Below are positions 1-10,874 of a DNA stretch of 64,000 nt, one piece after another; positions within the stretch are counted from its first letter, which is position 1, and each line of letters opens with the position of its first letter. The notes below the pieces were generated by a model that was not told where the DNA came from, did not search any database, and worked only from the letters and a program-made list of their open reading frames with translations. The position numbers and the translations under genes were made by a program. Source of the DNA: Octopus vulgaris (taxonomy: Eukaryota); contig OX597814.1 of NCBI GenBank assembly GCA_951406725.2, forward strand, positions 218,736,001 to 218,800,000, read 5' to 3'.

Positions 1-405
1 AAAAGTGCGGAATAATCTACCTAAAGAGAGGCAAGTTGCAGTCCCTAGCAGGGGTAAAATTACCGATTAGAGACTTGAATAAACAAGTTGAATTCCAAAA
101 TTCACTGAAAGGACAAACCCACAAACTACAGACCCATAACATATGTCCCTACAACTTACAAAGCCTTAACTGCAAAAATATTGTAGAGAATGGGCAAACA
201 TATAGAAGAAAACAACTTGTTTCCAGAAGAGCAGAAGGGATGCTGCAAAGGACCACATGGCTGTAAAGATCAGTTATTGATCAATAAGCCATAACTGAAG
301 ACAGCTGGAAGGAAAAGAAGGGTCTTGGATCGATTAGCGAAAGGCTTTTGACATTATTCCCCACAGGTGGATCCTGGAAACACTAGCCATGAACAGGGTA
401 GCACT
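1..405 (+). mobile_element. Dong/R4-clade non-LTR retrotransposon RT fragment (degenerate)
   Basis: Manual translation gives NYRPITYVPTTYKALTAKI (about 124-180), NNLFPEEQKGC and D*RKAFDIIPHRWILETL (about 330-390). These are RT subdomain 1-3 motifs, with frameshifts and stops. Confidence 0.7.
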
Positions 406-456
406 AACTATAATAAGGCTTTGGTCGGTCCGAGGCTGTAATAGAAGACACTTGAC

Positions 457-501
457 CATCCTTGCACAGGGGCCATGCTAATTTTCTCTGTATCGTTCCA
501 A
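457..501 (-). pseudogene. U6: U6 snRNA internal fragment (about nt 30-74), fused to a SINE-A piece at 415-454
   Basis: The minus strand reads TTGGAACGATACAGAGAAAATTAGCATGGCCCCTGTGCAAGGATG. This matches canonical U6 at 43 of 45 positions, including the ACAGAGA box and AGC triad. Both ends are truncated. Confidence 0.9.
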
Positions 502-560
<59 letters not shown>

Positions 561-571
561 TAATAATAATA

Positions 572-639
<68 letters not shown>

Positions 640-640
640 T
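502..640. repeat. Head-to-head (AAT)n/(ATT)n microsatellite (self-complementary)
   Basis: Direct read: about 70 bp of AAT repeats followed by about 68 bp of ATT repeats. Confidence 0.95.
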
Positions 641-1399
641 CGTAACACAGTGTAAGTAAAAATGCATTGGAGTCTTTGGTCATCTGTCAAGTCACAACAA
701 GGACCTCAGATAGATAATACTTTCCTTAAGATGTGCGCTGTGCCCAATAAGGCTGCTTTTTGCAAGACATGAATCTTGCATGGGATTTCCTGTTGCCTTA
801 AGAAGTTTTTAAGTTTCAATGGTATCACTTTTACCTTACCCTCTCGCATTCCATACAGTCTTGCCATTTCCACTTTCAATTCGGAGTACTTGGTGATTTT
901 TTTCAACCTCTTTACTCACAACATTGTTGTCATTTGGTATGGCTACATTAATTATCTTTCAGTATTTGTCTCTCTTATTCAATATGACAATATCCGGCCG
1001 ACGGTGTTCGATTATGCGATCCGTCTGAAAATCATAGTCCCAGAGTATCGTTACTTTTCCATCCTCCTGCATAACTTTACTTGGTTCATGCTCACAGCAG
1101 TTCTCTGTTATTTATGGCATAAGAGCCAATGAAGATACACACACACTTTATCATGGCGGCGCTTGTATTCTTTTTGAGCAAGGTTCTCACATCCACTTAC
1201 CAAGTGGATCGTATTTTCCACACTCTTTCTACAGAGTCTGCATATCTGAGTGTCAGAAGTTTTATAGATGTTACACTTCACTGAATTTTTAGTGAGAGCC
1301 TGTTCTTGTGCAGTAATGATCAGGCTTTCGGTGGTACGCTTCAAATCACCTCGCTCAAGCCATGCCCATGATACTGTATTATCTTTAACGTCTTGTGTA
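641..1399 (-). mobile_element. Dong/R4-clade non-LTR element, 5'-truncated 3' end (CCHC finger plus restriction-like endonuclease)
   Basis: ORFs 1108-1344 (AQEQAL...CRLC...ENTIHLVSGC...EYKRRHDKV) and 706-906 (KITKYSELK...LQKAALLGTAHILRKVL). The RPDI motif lies between them, and TAA repeats flank both sides. Confidence 0.88.
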
Positions 1400-1400
1400 C

Positions 1401-1481
<81 letters not shown>

Positions 1482-1535
1482 CATTATTATTATTATCATC
1501 ATCATCATTATCATTATTAATATTATTAATATTAT
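1400..1535. repeat. (TTA)n/(TCA)n microsatellite
   Basis: Direct read. Confidence 0.95.
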
Positions 1536-1579
1536 CATAAAAATTACAATAAGAAGAGTAACGATATTAAACACAACGG

Positions 1580-2010
1580 CAACATGACACGTGATAATAA
1601 GGATTGTAATTGTAGAAAACTCAATTATTGCCCTTTGTATGGTCATTGCTTGCGATATAATGTCATTTATAAGTGCATTGTTTTTATTAGATATCAAAAT
1701 TCAACCAAAATATATATAGCATTTATTTATTCTAAGAGACGCACATGTTAGTTCGTTCTCTAATATTAAGCGCAAATCTATTTCACCGGCAAATTATAGC
1801 CATCATCTCAAAGCTACTAATATTTCCTATAACCTTTTCGGATCTGTCCTTAGGTCGGGGAGAACTCACCAAGCTGGTTGTACAGCATGCAATTTGTACA
1901 GCAGTGAATCTCTCGATATTACGTGAGAATAAAGATTTTCTCCTCAACAGTGTCACATAATAACATTCTGCCAGCATAGATGTTTTAAAACATTTCCCTT
2001 TTACTATATA
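1580..2010 (+). mobile_element. Penelope-like element GIY-YIG endonuclease remnant
   Basis: Manual translation DCNCRKLNYCPLYGHCLRYNVIYKC...KIYI resembles the CNC-CPL-G-C-VIY-YIG linker of PLE endonucleases. ENKDFLLN lies downstream. Heavily decayed. Confidence 0.6.
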
Positions 2011-2910
2011 GATCGACACACTCGAATCGACCAGTTAACTATAAGCTTCTATTTTGATCTGACATTCTCGTCCTCGCTTTTATGTATTCCGCTTTTAATG
2101 TGTACATCTATTTACTAACCTTTTTAGAATTACGACATACCTTAATTTTTTATGTATTTGATTTTTTCCGTTTTTACTATCCATCATTATATATCTACAT
2201 CTTTATCCGTTCCCCGACCTTTATTGTTTTGTAGTGGTGCCATCTTTAGCTACACATTTGGGCACCAATACTACATCTGGTTGCCAAAGTGTGCTTCTTC
2301 CACATAGCAGGGGACATTTTGCTTCTTTTATTTTTACCGTTTCCTTTTCCTTTTTCAAAGAGAATCAATTGATTCTCTTTGATCTCTTCTCTCAAGCCAA
2401 TATTCTTCAAACATAATAACGAACTGTCTTTTGATAGACTAGCTTCTTAAATCAAAGGAATGGCCCTTTCATTTATTTTGCATTTTCTAATTTCCCTTTT
2501 CTTTTGTCTTTCTCCTCCTTTTTCTACCCCTTCTTCCTCTACACTTCTTAATAACATTCTTTTTATCTTTCCCTGTATTCGCCAATCTCTTCGTAATTAT
2601 CCCCCTTCTTTTCCTTCCTTTTATTGATACTAGTGTAATATCATAAATATCTGATCTGGTACTATAGCGTTTGCATTCACCACTCTTCCTTCCAACGAAA
2701 ATATTCGGTGCCTCCAGTCTGAAGATATTCACGCATCGTGTTTCATGCGAGTTTATAATGTTTCAACTTATTTTGTTTGTTTGGTGTGCATAATTACTCT
2801 ATTATTATATATGCCAATTTGCATAATGTGCATTATAGCACTAACGAATTCCCGAAGTTTTGAAACAATTGTAAAGGACAACCTTCATCTTGTAATTTGT
2901 ATTTGTAACA

Positions 2911-3300
2911 TCTATATATATAAAAGTGAGGTTGTGTGCTGTCTGTCTCCTACGATTTAGACTCCTAACTACTCCCACATTTTGCGGTGCAGTTTAACCA
3001 AAAGCGGGTATCTTATAGTCGTGATTCATATCGAGCCCTTCTGGGTATTAGCGCGCGTCTACAATAAGTCTACGATTTAACAAAAAAATTACCATCATTT
3101 TTTTCCATTTTAATGCAGTTTTTCGCTATTATATAAGGGAAGTAACTCTCTAAAAATGTCTACGATGAGTCAACGATTTAAAAAAAAATTTACCATAATT
3201 TTTTTTCCATTTTTAATGCATTTTTTTGCTATAACTCTCTAAAAATGCTTATATGGTTATTTCCCTTACAAACCCGAGCAACGCCGGGCGATACTGCTAG
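2911..3300 (+). mobile_element. Non-autonomous Helitron
   Basis: A|TC start and CTAG|T end, subterminal hairpin CCCGAGCAACGCCGGG about 12 nt before the end, no TSD. A second copy is at 24240-24632. Confidence 0.85.
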
Positions 3301-3597
3301 TCTCATATAAATGAATAATTACCTTCCATAATTGTTCATTTTCGTCTATATACTTCATGAAAGAACAACGAACAGGTGTATTAGTTTAACTCCTGGGAAG
3401 ATTCGAACCCACACTTTTGGACAGAAAGAATTGAGAGGGAAAATAAAACAGAGAGAGAACGAAAAAACAAAAAAATAAACGGAAAGAGAAAAATGATGAG
3501 TATGGATTAACGGTTCAACATGTTTACGCCGACCTGTAAACACGAGCACATATATATATATATATATATATATAAATGTGTGTGTGTGTGTGTGTAT

Positions 3598-3806
3598 ACT
3601 CTTTACTCTTTTACTTGTTTCAGTCATTTGACTGCGGCCGTGCTGGAGCACCGCCTTTAGTCGAGCAAATCGACCCCGGAACTTATTCTTTGTAAGCCCA
3701 GTACTTATTCTATCGGTCTCTTTTGCCGAACCGCTAAGTGACGGGGACGTAAACACACCAGCATCGGTTGTCAGGCAATGCTAGGGGGACAAACACAGAC
3801 ACACAA

Positions 3807-3843
<37 letters not shown>

Positions 3844-4028
3844 CATATATATATACATACATATATACGACAGGCTTCTTTCAGTTTCCGTCTACCAAAT
3901 CCACTCACAAGGCATTGGTCGGCCCGGGGCTATAGCAGAAGACACTTGCCCAAGATGCCACGCAGTGGGACTGAACCCGGAACCATGTGGTTGGTTAGCA
4001 AGTTTCTTACCACACAGCCACTCCTGCG
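3598..4028 (-). mobile_element. tRNA-derived SINE family A, full length
   Basis: Minus-strand head GCAGGAGTGGCTGTGTGGTAAG...GGTTCAGTCCC (A and B boxes), internal CA/TA microsatellite and GAGTAAAA-type tail. Near-identical copies elsewhere in the window. Confidence 0.9.
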
Positions 4029-4559
4029 TATGTGTATAGTAATTATGTGCACTTGTTTGCACGTTGGTATCAACAAAATTATAACGATTACATGTAGCAA
4101 ATAAAAGAGAGGAAGAAAAATAATAATGTTTGATATGACCTTTGTTGTATCGGTACAAGGTAAGATACAACTTCTTCGAGTTGTTGTTGTTGTGCACAGA
4201 TTTTTTTGAGTTCTATTATCCATTCTGTAAAGAAGTCAAGTTCATTTGTGAGTGACTGTTAGAAGACTGGTGGAAGAAAGAGAGAGAAAGAGTAAAAGAA
4301 TTTACCTTCGCGAGTTGACAAGTAGAGGGGGTGACGGTTGTATAGTAAAGCCGTGACAAATCATACGCGAAGTGCTCTTTAGGGCGGCGGCGGCAAAAGG
4401 AAAGCGGTGAAAGAAGCAATGGAGGTTGAAGTGAGTTTAGGTACTGTATTTATACATGTTAGAAAGCTGGCTGTAGATCGGAAAAATGGGAAGTAATTGA
4501 GTTTATCTTTCTTGAACTGTATTTAATCCAAGAATGTTCATTTAATCAACAACATTTAT

Positions 4560-4924
4560 TCTTTACTCTTTTACTTGTTTCATTCATTTGACTGCGGCCA
4601 TGCTGGAGCACCGCCTTTGGTCGAACAAATCGACCCCAGGACTTATTCTTTATAAGCTTAGTACTTATTCTATCGGTCTCTTTTGCCGAACCGCTAAGTT
4701 ACGGAGACGTAAACGCACCAACATCAGTTATCAAGCGAGGACAAAGACAGACACACAAATACATACATATACATACGACGGGCTTCTCTCAGTTTCCGTC
4801 TACTAAATCCACTCACAAGGCTTTGGTTGGCCCGAGGCTATAGTGGAAGACATTTGGCAAAGGTGCCATACAGATGGATTGAACCCGGAACCATGTAGCT
4901 CGAAAGCAAGCTTCTTACCACGTA
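4560..4924 (-). mobile_element. SINE family A (diverged copy)
   Basis: Collinear with 3598-4028. Confidence 0.85.
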
Positions 4925-5281
4925 ACCACTTCTGTGCCTACGGCCACTCCTGCGCCTATAGCCACTCCTGCGCCTACGGCCACTCCTGCGCCTACTGCCA
5001 CTCCTGCGCCTACGGCCACTCCTGCGCCTACTGCCACTCCTGCGCCTACGGCCACTCCTGCGCCTACGGCCACTCCTGCGCCTACGGCCACTCCTGCGCC
5101 TATAGCCACTCCTGCGCCTACGGCCACTCCTGCGCCTACGGCCACTCCTGCGCCTACGGCCACTCCTGCGCCTACGGCCACTCCTGCGCCTACGGCCACT
5201 CCTGCGCCTATAGCCACTCCTGCGCCTACGGCCACTCCTGCGCCTACGGCCAATCCTGCGCCTACGGCCACTCCTGCGCCT
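4925..5281. repeat. 18-bp GC-rich minisatellite (CCACTCCTGCGCCTACGG, about 20 units)
   Basis: Direct tandem repeat. It explains the PTATPA, RRRSG and VAVGAG ORFs. The unit equals the 5' end of the SINE-A head. Confidence 0.95.
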
Positions 5282-5375
5282 TGTTGATCCCCATAAATTT
5301 CTATGTGCTAGTATTGAGAACAACTCGTCGAAAAATCTAGACTGCGTTTCAAACCTTGGCTAAGAATCTAGAAAG

Positions 5376-5431
<56 letters not shown>

Positions 5432-6244
5432 GTGTGATCATCACCGTCAAGAACTCTAAACTGATGCTGCTAGTCGTCGGAGTGCCACTCGAGATGCTTT
5501 CGTAGTCACCTGTCGCCTGTCGCCACTGGTCTTTGTTCTTTCTCAAGTGCCTGCACTCTTCGCTCCATGTCAGCCGTGAGTGTCCAGCTCTCTCTCACGC
5601 TTATATGAGGATCGAACACACCGGGGGGGGGGGGGGCTTGGACACTCTCAGTCCTGTTGCAAAAACTAACGGAGATGTATAGTAAGGATTATACTAAAAT
5701 TACAATAATCTAGGACAATTATGACTACTCCCCCCCCCCAAATTCTCAAAACTTCTCGAATGCATGTCGTATCTATACATATTTATGTGCCTGCGCACGA
5801 GCGTGCATGTGTGTGTGTGTGTGTGTGTGTGTGTTCGCGCGCGTGTGTTTGTGTCTGTCCAACACATACCGGCATGGAACGCCGATGTTAAATGATTGTA
5901 ACATGATGATGATGATGATGATGATGATGGATGATGGTGGTGGTGGTGGTGGTGGTGGTGGTGGTGGTGGTGGTGGTGGTGGATGGCGGTGGTGGTGGTG
6001 ATATATGTACGTGTGTATGTATGTGTATGAGTACAGATGTAGGAAAGTGTGAGAGAGAGAGAGAGAGAGTTCTCATAGCTGACACCACGTCAACTTAGCG
6101 CAGCATCAAAGGGCTATTAACAAATTGCATTCTATTGGTGTTGTTTATTGAATTAAAGTCGGGTCCAGCGAATGCGTTCGGACTTCTTTTCGTCAGTTAT
6201 TCTGATAGAACAGAGAAGACAGCCCAAGTTATAAACAATCTTCG

Positions 6245-6664
6245 GCAATCTTTCGTCTCTAGTAGACCTTTCCGTCGATTTCCGTAAAAAAATTTTTTAC
6301 ATATGGGCTTGCAGGAACTTTTGAAGTAATGAGAGCGAAAGAGACTAAGAGAAAGCGATTGTATGACGAGGGAAGTTCTTTTGAAGTTACCGTGCATGCG
6401 AAGCATTGATGTACATGTGTGTGTGTGTGTGTTTGATGGGATGTGGGAGACAGACAGTATGTTGTGTAAGTGAAGTGCTTCTGTTAGTGTGTGTGAAGAG
6501 ACAGAGAGAGTAATGTGTGAAAGAGAGAGATAACTGAAATTTTTTACTCGGTGTATGTGTATATGTATGTATATTACTTCAAAAGTTCCCGCAAGCCCAT
6601 ATGTAAAAAAAAAAAATTATTACGGAAATCGACGGAAAGGTCTTCTAGAGACGAAAGATCGCCC
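6245..6664. mobile_element. Fold-back/MITE-like element with about 88-bp inverted arms
   Basis: 6245-6330 (ATCTTTCGTCTCTAGTAGACCTTTCCGTCGATTTCCGTAA...GAACTTTTGAAGTAAT) is the reverse complement of 6573-6664. Confidence 0.8.
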
Positions 6665-7108
6665 AATCTTCTACACTTCATACTTCCGTATTGAAAAGTA
6701 GACACAGACATAAGGACATACACATACACATACTTACAGGCACACACACACACACGCACACACTTACATGCCCACACACGTACACACATACTCATAGGCA
6801 CACACTTACATGCACATACACACACACACACGAAACAACAACAGAAGTTCCCACAGGAATCCCTTTCTAAATTCTTTCATAAATACTTGGAATTTTTCCC
6901 CTCCCATTTGAGTGACAAAAACCTCGCGTATTTGTTCAAATGATACTCTAAAAGTAATGAAACAACTGAATTATTTCCTCTACAAAATACAAGCTACATA
7001 CATGCTTAATACGAGCTGGCATGGTCGTGTGGCTGGGAAACTTAATTTGCGACCAGGTGGGTCTGAGTTCAGTCCCCATTGTGCACGCAGTTACTGAGGA
7101 AGGCTTGT

Positions 7109-7491
7109 GGAGGCGCAATGGCCCAGTGGTTAGGGCAGCGGACTCGCGGTCGTAGGATCGCGGTTTCGATTCCCAGACCGGGTGTTGTGTGTGTTTATTG
7201 AGCGAAAACACCTAAAAGCTCCACAAGGCTCCGGCAGGGGATGGTGGTGATCCCTGCTGTACTCTTTCACCACAACTTTCTCTCACTCTTACTTCCTGTT
7301 TCTGTTGTACCTGTATTTCAAAGGGCCGGCCTTGTCACTCTCTGTGTCACACTGAATCTCCCAGAGAACTGCGTTAAGGGTACACGTGTCTGTGGAGTGC
7401 TCAGCCACTTACACGTTAATTTCACGAGCAGGCTGTTCCGTTGATTCGGATCAACCGGAACCCTCATCGTCGTAACCGACGGAGTGCTTCC
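7109..7491 (+). mobile_element. tRNA-derived SINE family B, full length
   Basis: GGAGGCGCAATGGCCCAGTGGTTAGG (A box) ... GTTTCGATTCCC (B-box-like), ending GGAGTGCTTCC. Imperfect TSD ACTGAGG(A/C)AGGC. Nested in an old SINE-A copy. Confidence 0.9.
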
Positions 7492-7699
7492 ACCACACTG
7501 AGGCAGGCATCTTCTACTGAAGCCCTAGTCTGACTGACGCTTCCAGAGAGAATTTGATAGATGGATACTGTTTGGAAACCTGTCACGTGTGTGTGTCTGT
7601 CTGCCTGTGTGTGTATGTGTATGTGTGTGTGTGCGTATGTGCGCGTGTGTGTATATATATATGTGTGTGTGCATATATGTGAGTGTGTATATACATATA

Positions 7700-7740
7700 C
7701 TAGCAGAGATACCCGGTGTTCATCGGGATTAAAATGGCAT
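7700..7740 (-). mobile_element. Helitron-type 3' terminus (second family, fragment)
   Basis: Minus strand CCCGATGAACACCGGG hairpin followed by TATCTCTGCTAG|T. Confidence 0.45.
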
Positions 7741-7944
7741 GGTTTTTTTTTATTCTTTTACTTGTTTCGGTCATGTGACTGCGGCATTGTTGGGGCACTG
7801 ACTTCAGTCAACGAAATCGACCCCAGCATTCATTTTTGTAAGCCGAGTACTTACTCTATCGGTGTACTTTGCCAAACGCCTAGGTTAAGGGGATGTAAAC
7901 ACAGCAACATCGGTTGTCAACCGATGGTGGGGCTACAAACAGGG

Positions 7945-7946
7945 AT

Positions 7947-7979
<33 letters not shown>

Positions 7980-8210
7980 CACATATATATGCATATATAT
8001 ACACGTATAAATATATACACATATATATATATATATATATACATATATATACTTATATATATATACATGTATATATATGTATATATATATATGTACATGT
8101 ATATATATATACATGCACATAAATATACATGTATAGATATATATACATATATAAATATATATATATATATATACAACATATATATGTATATATACATACA
8201 TATGTATGTA

Positions 8211-8267
<57 letters not shown>

Positions 8268-8410
8268 ATATACATACATATATATATATGCATATATATA
8301 TCTATATCTATCTATCTATATATATATATATATAGATACGCACACATATATATGTATATTTATATATATGTGTATATGCATATATATATATATGTATACA
8401 TAGATATATG
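7945..8410. repeat. Degenerate (CA)n/(TA)n microsatellite block
   Basis: Direct read; source of the YIYI ORFs. Confidence 0.9.
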
Positions 8411-8411
8411 G

Positions 8412-10110
8412 TGGTTGTCTACTCTTTATGCAGCGTTTGACCACATCCTGTGCCTATACCTTAGCACCATCATGGCATCTGATGTGGCTTTTTAAACCAG
8501 ACAATGTTCTGCAAAGACACCCACGTAGGTTGCACTTCCGATTCGGACCACCGAGAGCTGCAGATAAGTTCTGATCTTCGTGGAACTTAGAATGTCTTTT
8601 GAGGCCTCCGTTAGATTTGCAAACCTTCTGGCATACACCGCATTTAAAGGTATGCACAGACATATAGGCAGAATAGTTGTTGGAGGTTCGTTTTCCATGG
8701 GTTCACAAATGAGACTTGAGCCCAGCAAAAGAAAGGCATGGTCTGTCACAAACTGTGCATACAAAAATATCATCGTCATTCACCTTCTCGATCGTAACAT
8801 TCTTCCTTAGATCTCTTTTGAGTCTTACATGCGTTATCCTGGCCTCTTCAAATGCTTTCACTCCACTCCAGACCTTTGTTCGCCATCCAATTCGATCCAA
8901 TTCGATCCGAAGCAAGTGACTTTATAGTAGTTCTTATGCTGTCCTTAAACCCTTTTTTAGGTTTACGCCGATAGCGTTTCCCCTCATAAATCACCATAAA
9001 ACAGCTGTTTCGGCATGCGTTCATCCACCATTCGAACAATATGGTCACACCATCTCATTTAGTTCCTCAAATTCATAGCTTTAATTGAGGTGATGCCTGC
9101 AGATGCAAGGACATCTGTGTTTGTAGTAAAAGAACTCTATTTAATGTTTAAAATGCGATGAAGGCACTTTTTGTGGAATTGTTCTAACGATTTAAAATGC
9201 CTTTCATAACAAGTCCATGTTTCACAGGAATACAACAAGGATGGTAAGACAAATGATTTGTAAAGAGCCAGCTTTGTATTCTTATTTATGTGTCGCTGGC
9301 ACCAAACATGTGATTCCAAGCCACCAAATGCTAATGCTTTTGCTGCCCTTTGAATTCGCAGATGTAGTTCTCTATCAAGATTTCCATCATTTTGTACAGA
9401 GCCTCCAAGGTAGATAAACGAATCGACGACCTCAAGTAACTTACCCTTAACAAAAATTTGGGTGGGTTACAAACAGCACCACATGCAGGTTGATGCATTA
9501 CAACTGTTCTTTTTTTTTTTCAAGTTGATGGTCAAGCCAAAATTATCACAAACCAAGTCAAATGCAGATACAAGAGATTGCAGACCTGTTTCTGGATGAC
9601 TGACAAGATCGCAATCGTCAGCATAAAAAAGTTCCCTAATGAGTGAAGTAAAAACCTTTGTTTTGAATTTCAGTCTGGTCACATTAAACACATTTCCTGT
9701 TGTTCGATATTTTATGTAAATACCCTCCTCAGAGTTTTGAAAAGCATGTGACAACATAAAAGCTAAGTATATTGCAAAGAGGGTGGGTGCATCAAGGTCT
9801 CCTTGCTTTACTCCATTTTCCACGGCAAAGGCATCAGAGAGCCTACCACCAAAGTTAACTCTAGCTTTCTTTCATATCTTGATGCAAAGCCCTGATCATG
9901 TTTACAAATTTTGGGGGGCAACCTATTTTCCTTAGAATTAGCTACAGAGCATTTCGATTAACAGTATCGAATGCTTTGCTCAAATCAACAAAGCAATGGT
10001 ATAGAGCAAGATTCTGTTCAATGCACTTTTCTTGGGAGAGAAAAAACAGACAGAAAGAAGAATAAGAGAGGGAGAATAGAGATAGTTGTAGAGTGCGCAT
10101 CGGAATTATT
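8412..10110 (-). mobile_element. RTE-clade LINE, 5'-truncated, frameshifted RT with C-terminal C2H2-like fingers
   Basis: FVDLSKAFDTVNR, GVKQGD..APTLFAIY, ELFYADDC, TKLALYKSFVLPSLLYSCETW, then CTVCDRPCLSFAGLKSH and CGVCQKVCKSNGGLKRH. Confidence 0.92.
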
Positions 10111-10204
10111 AGGATAAAACTTTCTTGGAAATGGATGCATGGCGTTCGATCATATAATAATATAATATAATATAATATAATATAATATAATATAATATAA
10201 TATA

Positions 10205-10299
<95 letters not shown>

Positions 10300-10647
10300 A
10301 TATATACATACATATATGTACATACCTACATATATATATGTATATATACATAAGTATATGGGTAGAGGACGTCAAAAAAAAACGTGAACAAAATGAAAAG
10401 CGAGAACATAAAATAACAAAAACATATATACATATACGACTATTTTAACGAAGTCGCATCTTGTCCCAACGTTCGTAACGCGAAGTAGATAAAACAGGGG
10501 ACAACTGATGAAGGGATTGTTCTTTATGTTGCTTGACTCGCTTCTCTATTTGTTTATATCGTGGTTCGAAAAAAAGTTCGTTTTCCATGTTTTGTTTTTT
10601 ATTTTCTCGTTTATCATTTTGTTCACATTTTTCTACCGTCCTGTGTC

Positions 10648-10678
<31 letters not shown>

Positions 10679-10816
10679 GTGTGTGTGTGTGGTGGTGTGT
10701 GTGTGGTGGTGTGTGTGTAGGTATGTACATATATGTATTATATATGCAAATGCATATATTATTTATATTATTATATGATCGAACGCCACGCATCCATTTC
10801 CAAGTAAGTTTTATCT
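10111..10816. repeat. Nested imperfect fold-back of about 700 bp with microsatellite-filled arms
   Basis: Three inverted pairs: 10112-10160 with 10768-10816; TACATATATGTACATACCTACA (about 10309-10330) with its reverse complement (about 10716-10737); and 10357-10425 with about 10590-10651. Confidence 0.75.
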
Positions 10817-10821
10817 ATATA

Positions 10822-10874
<53 letters not shown>

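Noticed and set aside
457-501. Functional U6 gene
   Set aside because: It lacks the 5' stem-loop, the 3' region and an upstream promoter (the flank is microsatellite).
4838-5340. Protamine-like (RRRSG), mucin-like (PTATPA) and Cys/His-repeat ORFs
   Set aside because: All frames come from the 18-bp SINE-head minisatellite.
7241-7444. Recurrent ORF MVVIPAVLFHHNFLS... in several copies
   Set aside because: It is a frame inside SINE B, repeated because the SINE is repeated; no coding evidence.
7561-8495. YIYI/HTHT/CVCV ORFs here and at 10248-11437, 21345-22155, 27837-28391 and 62814-63175
   Set aside because: Microsatellite translations.
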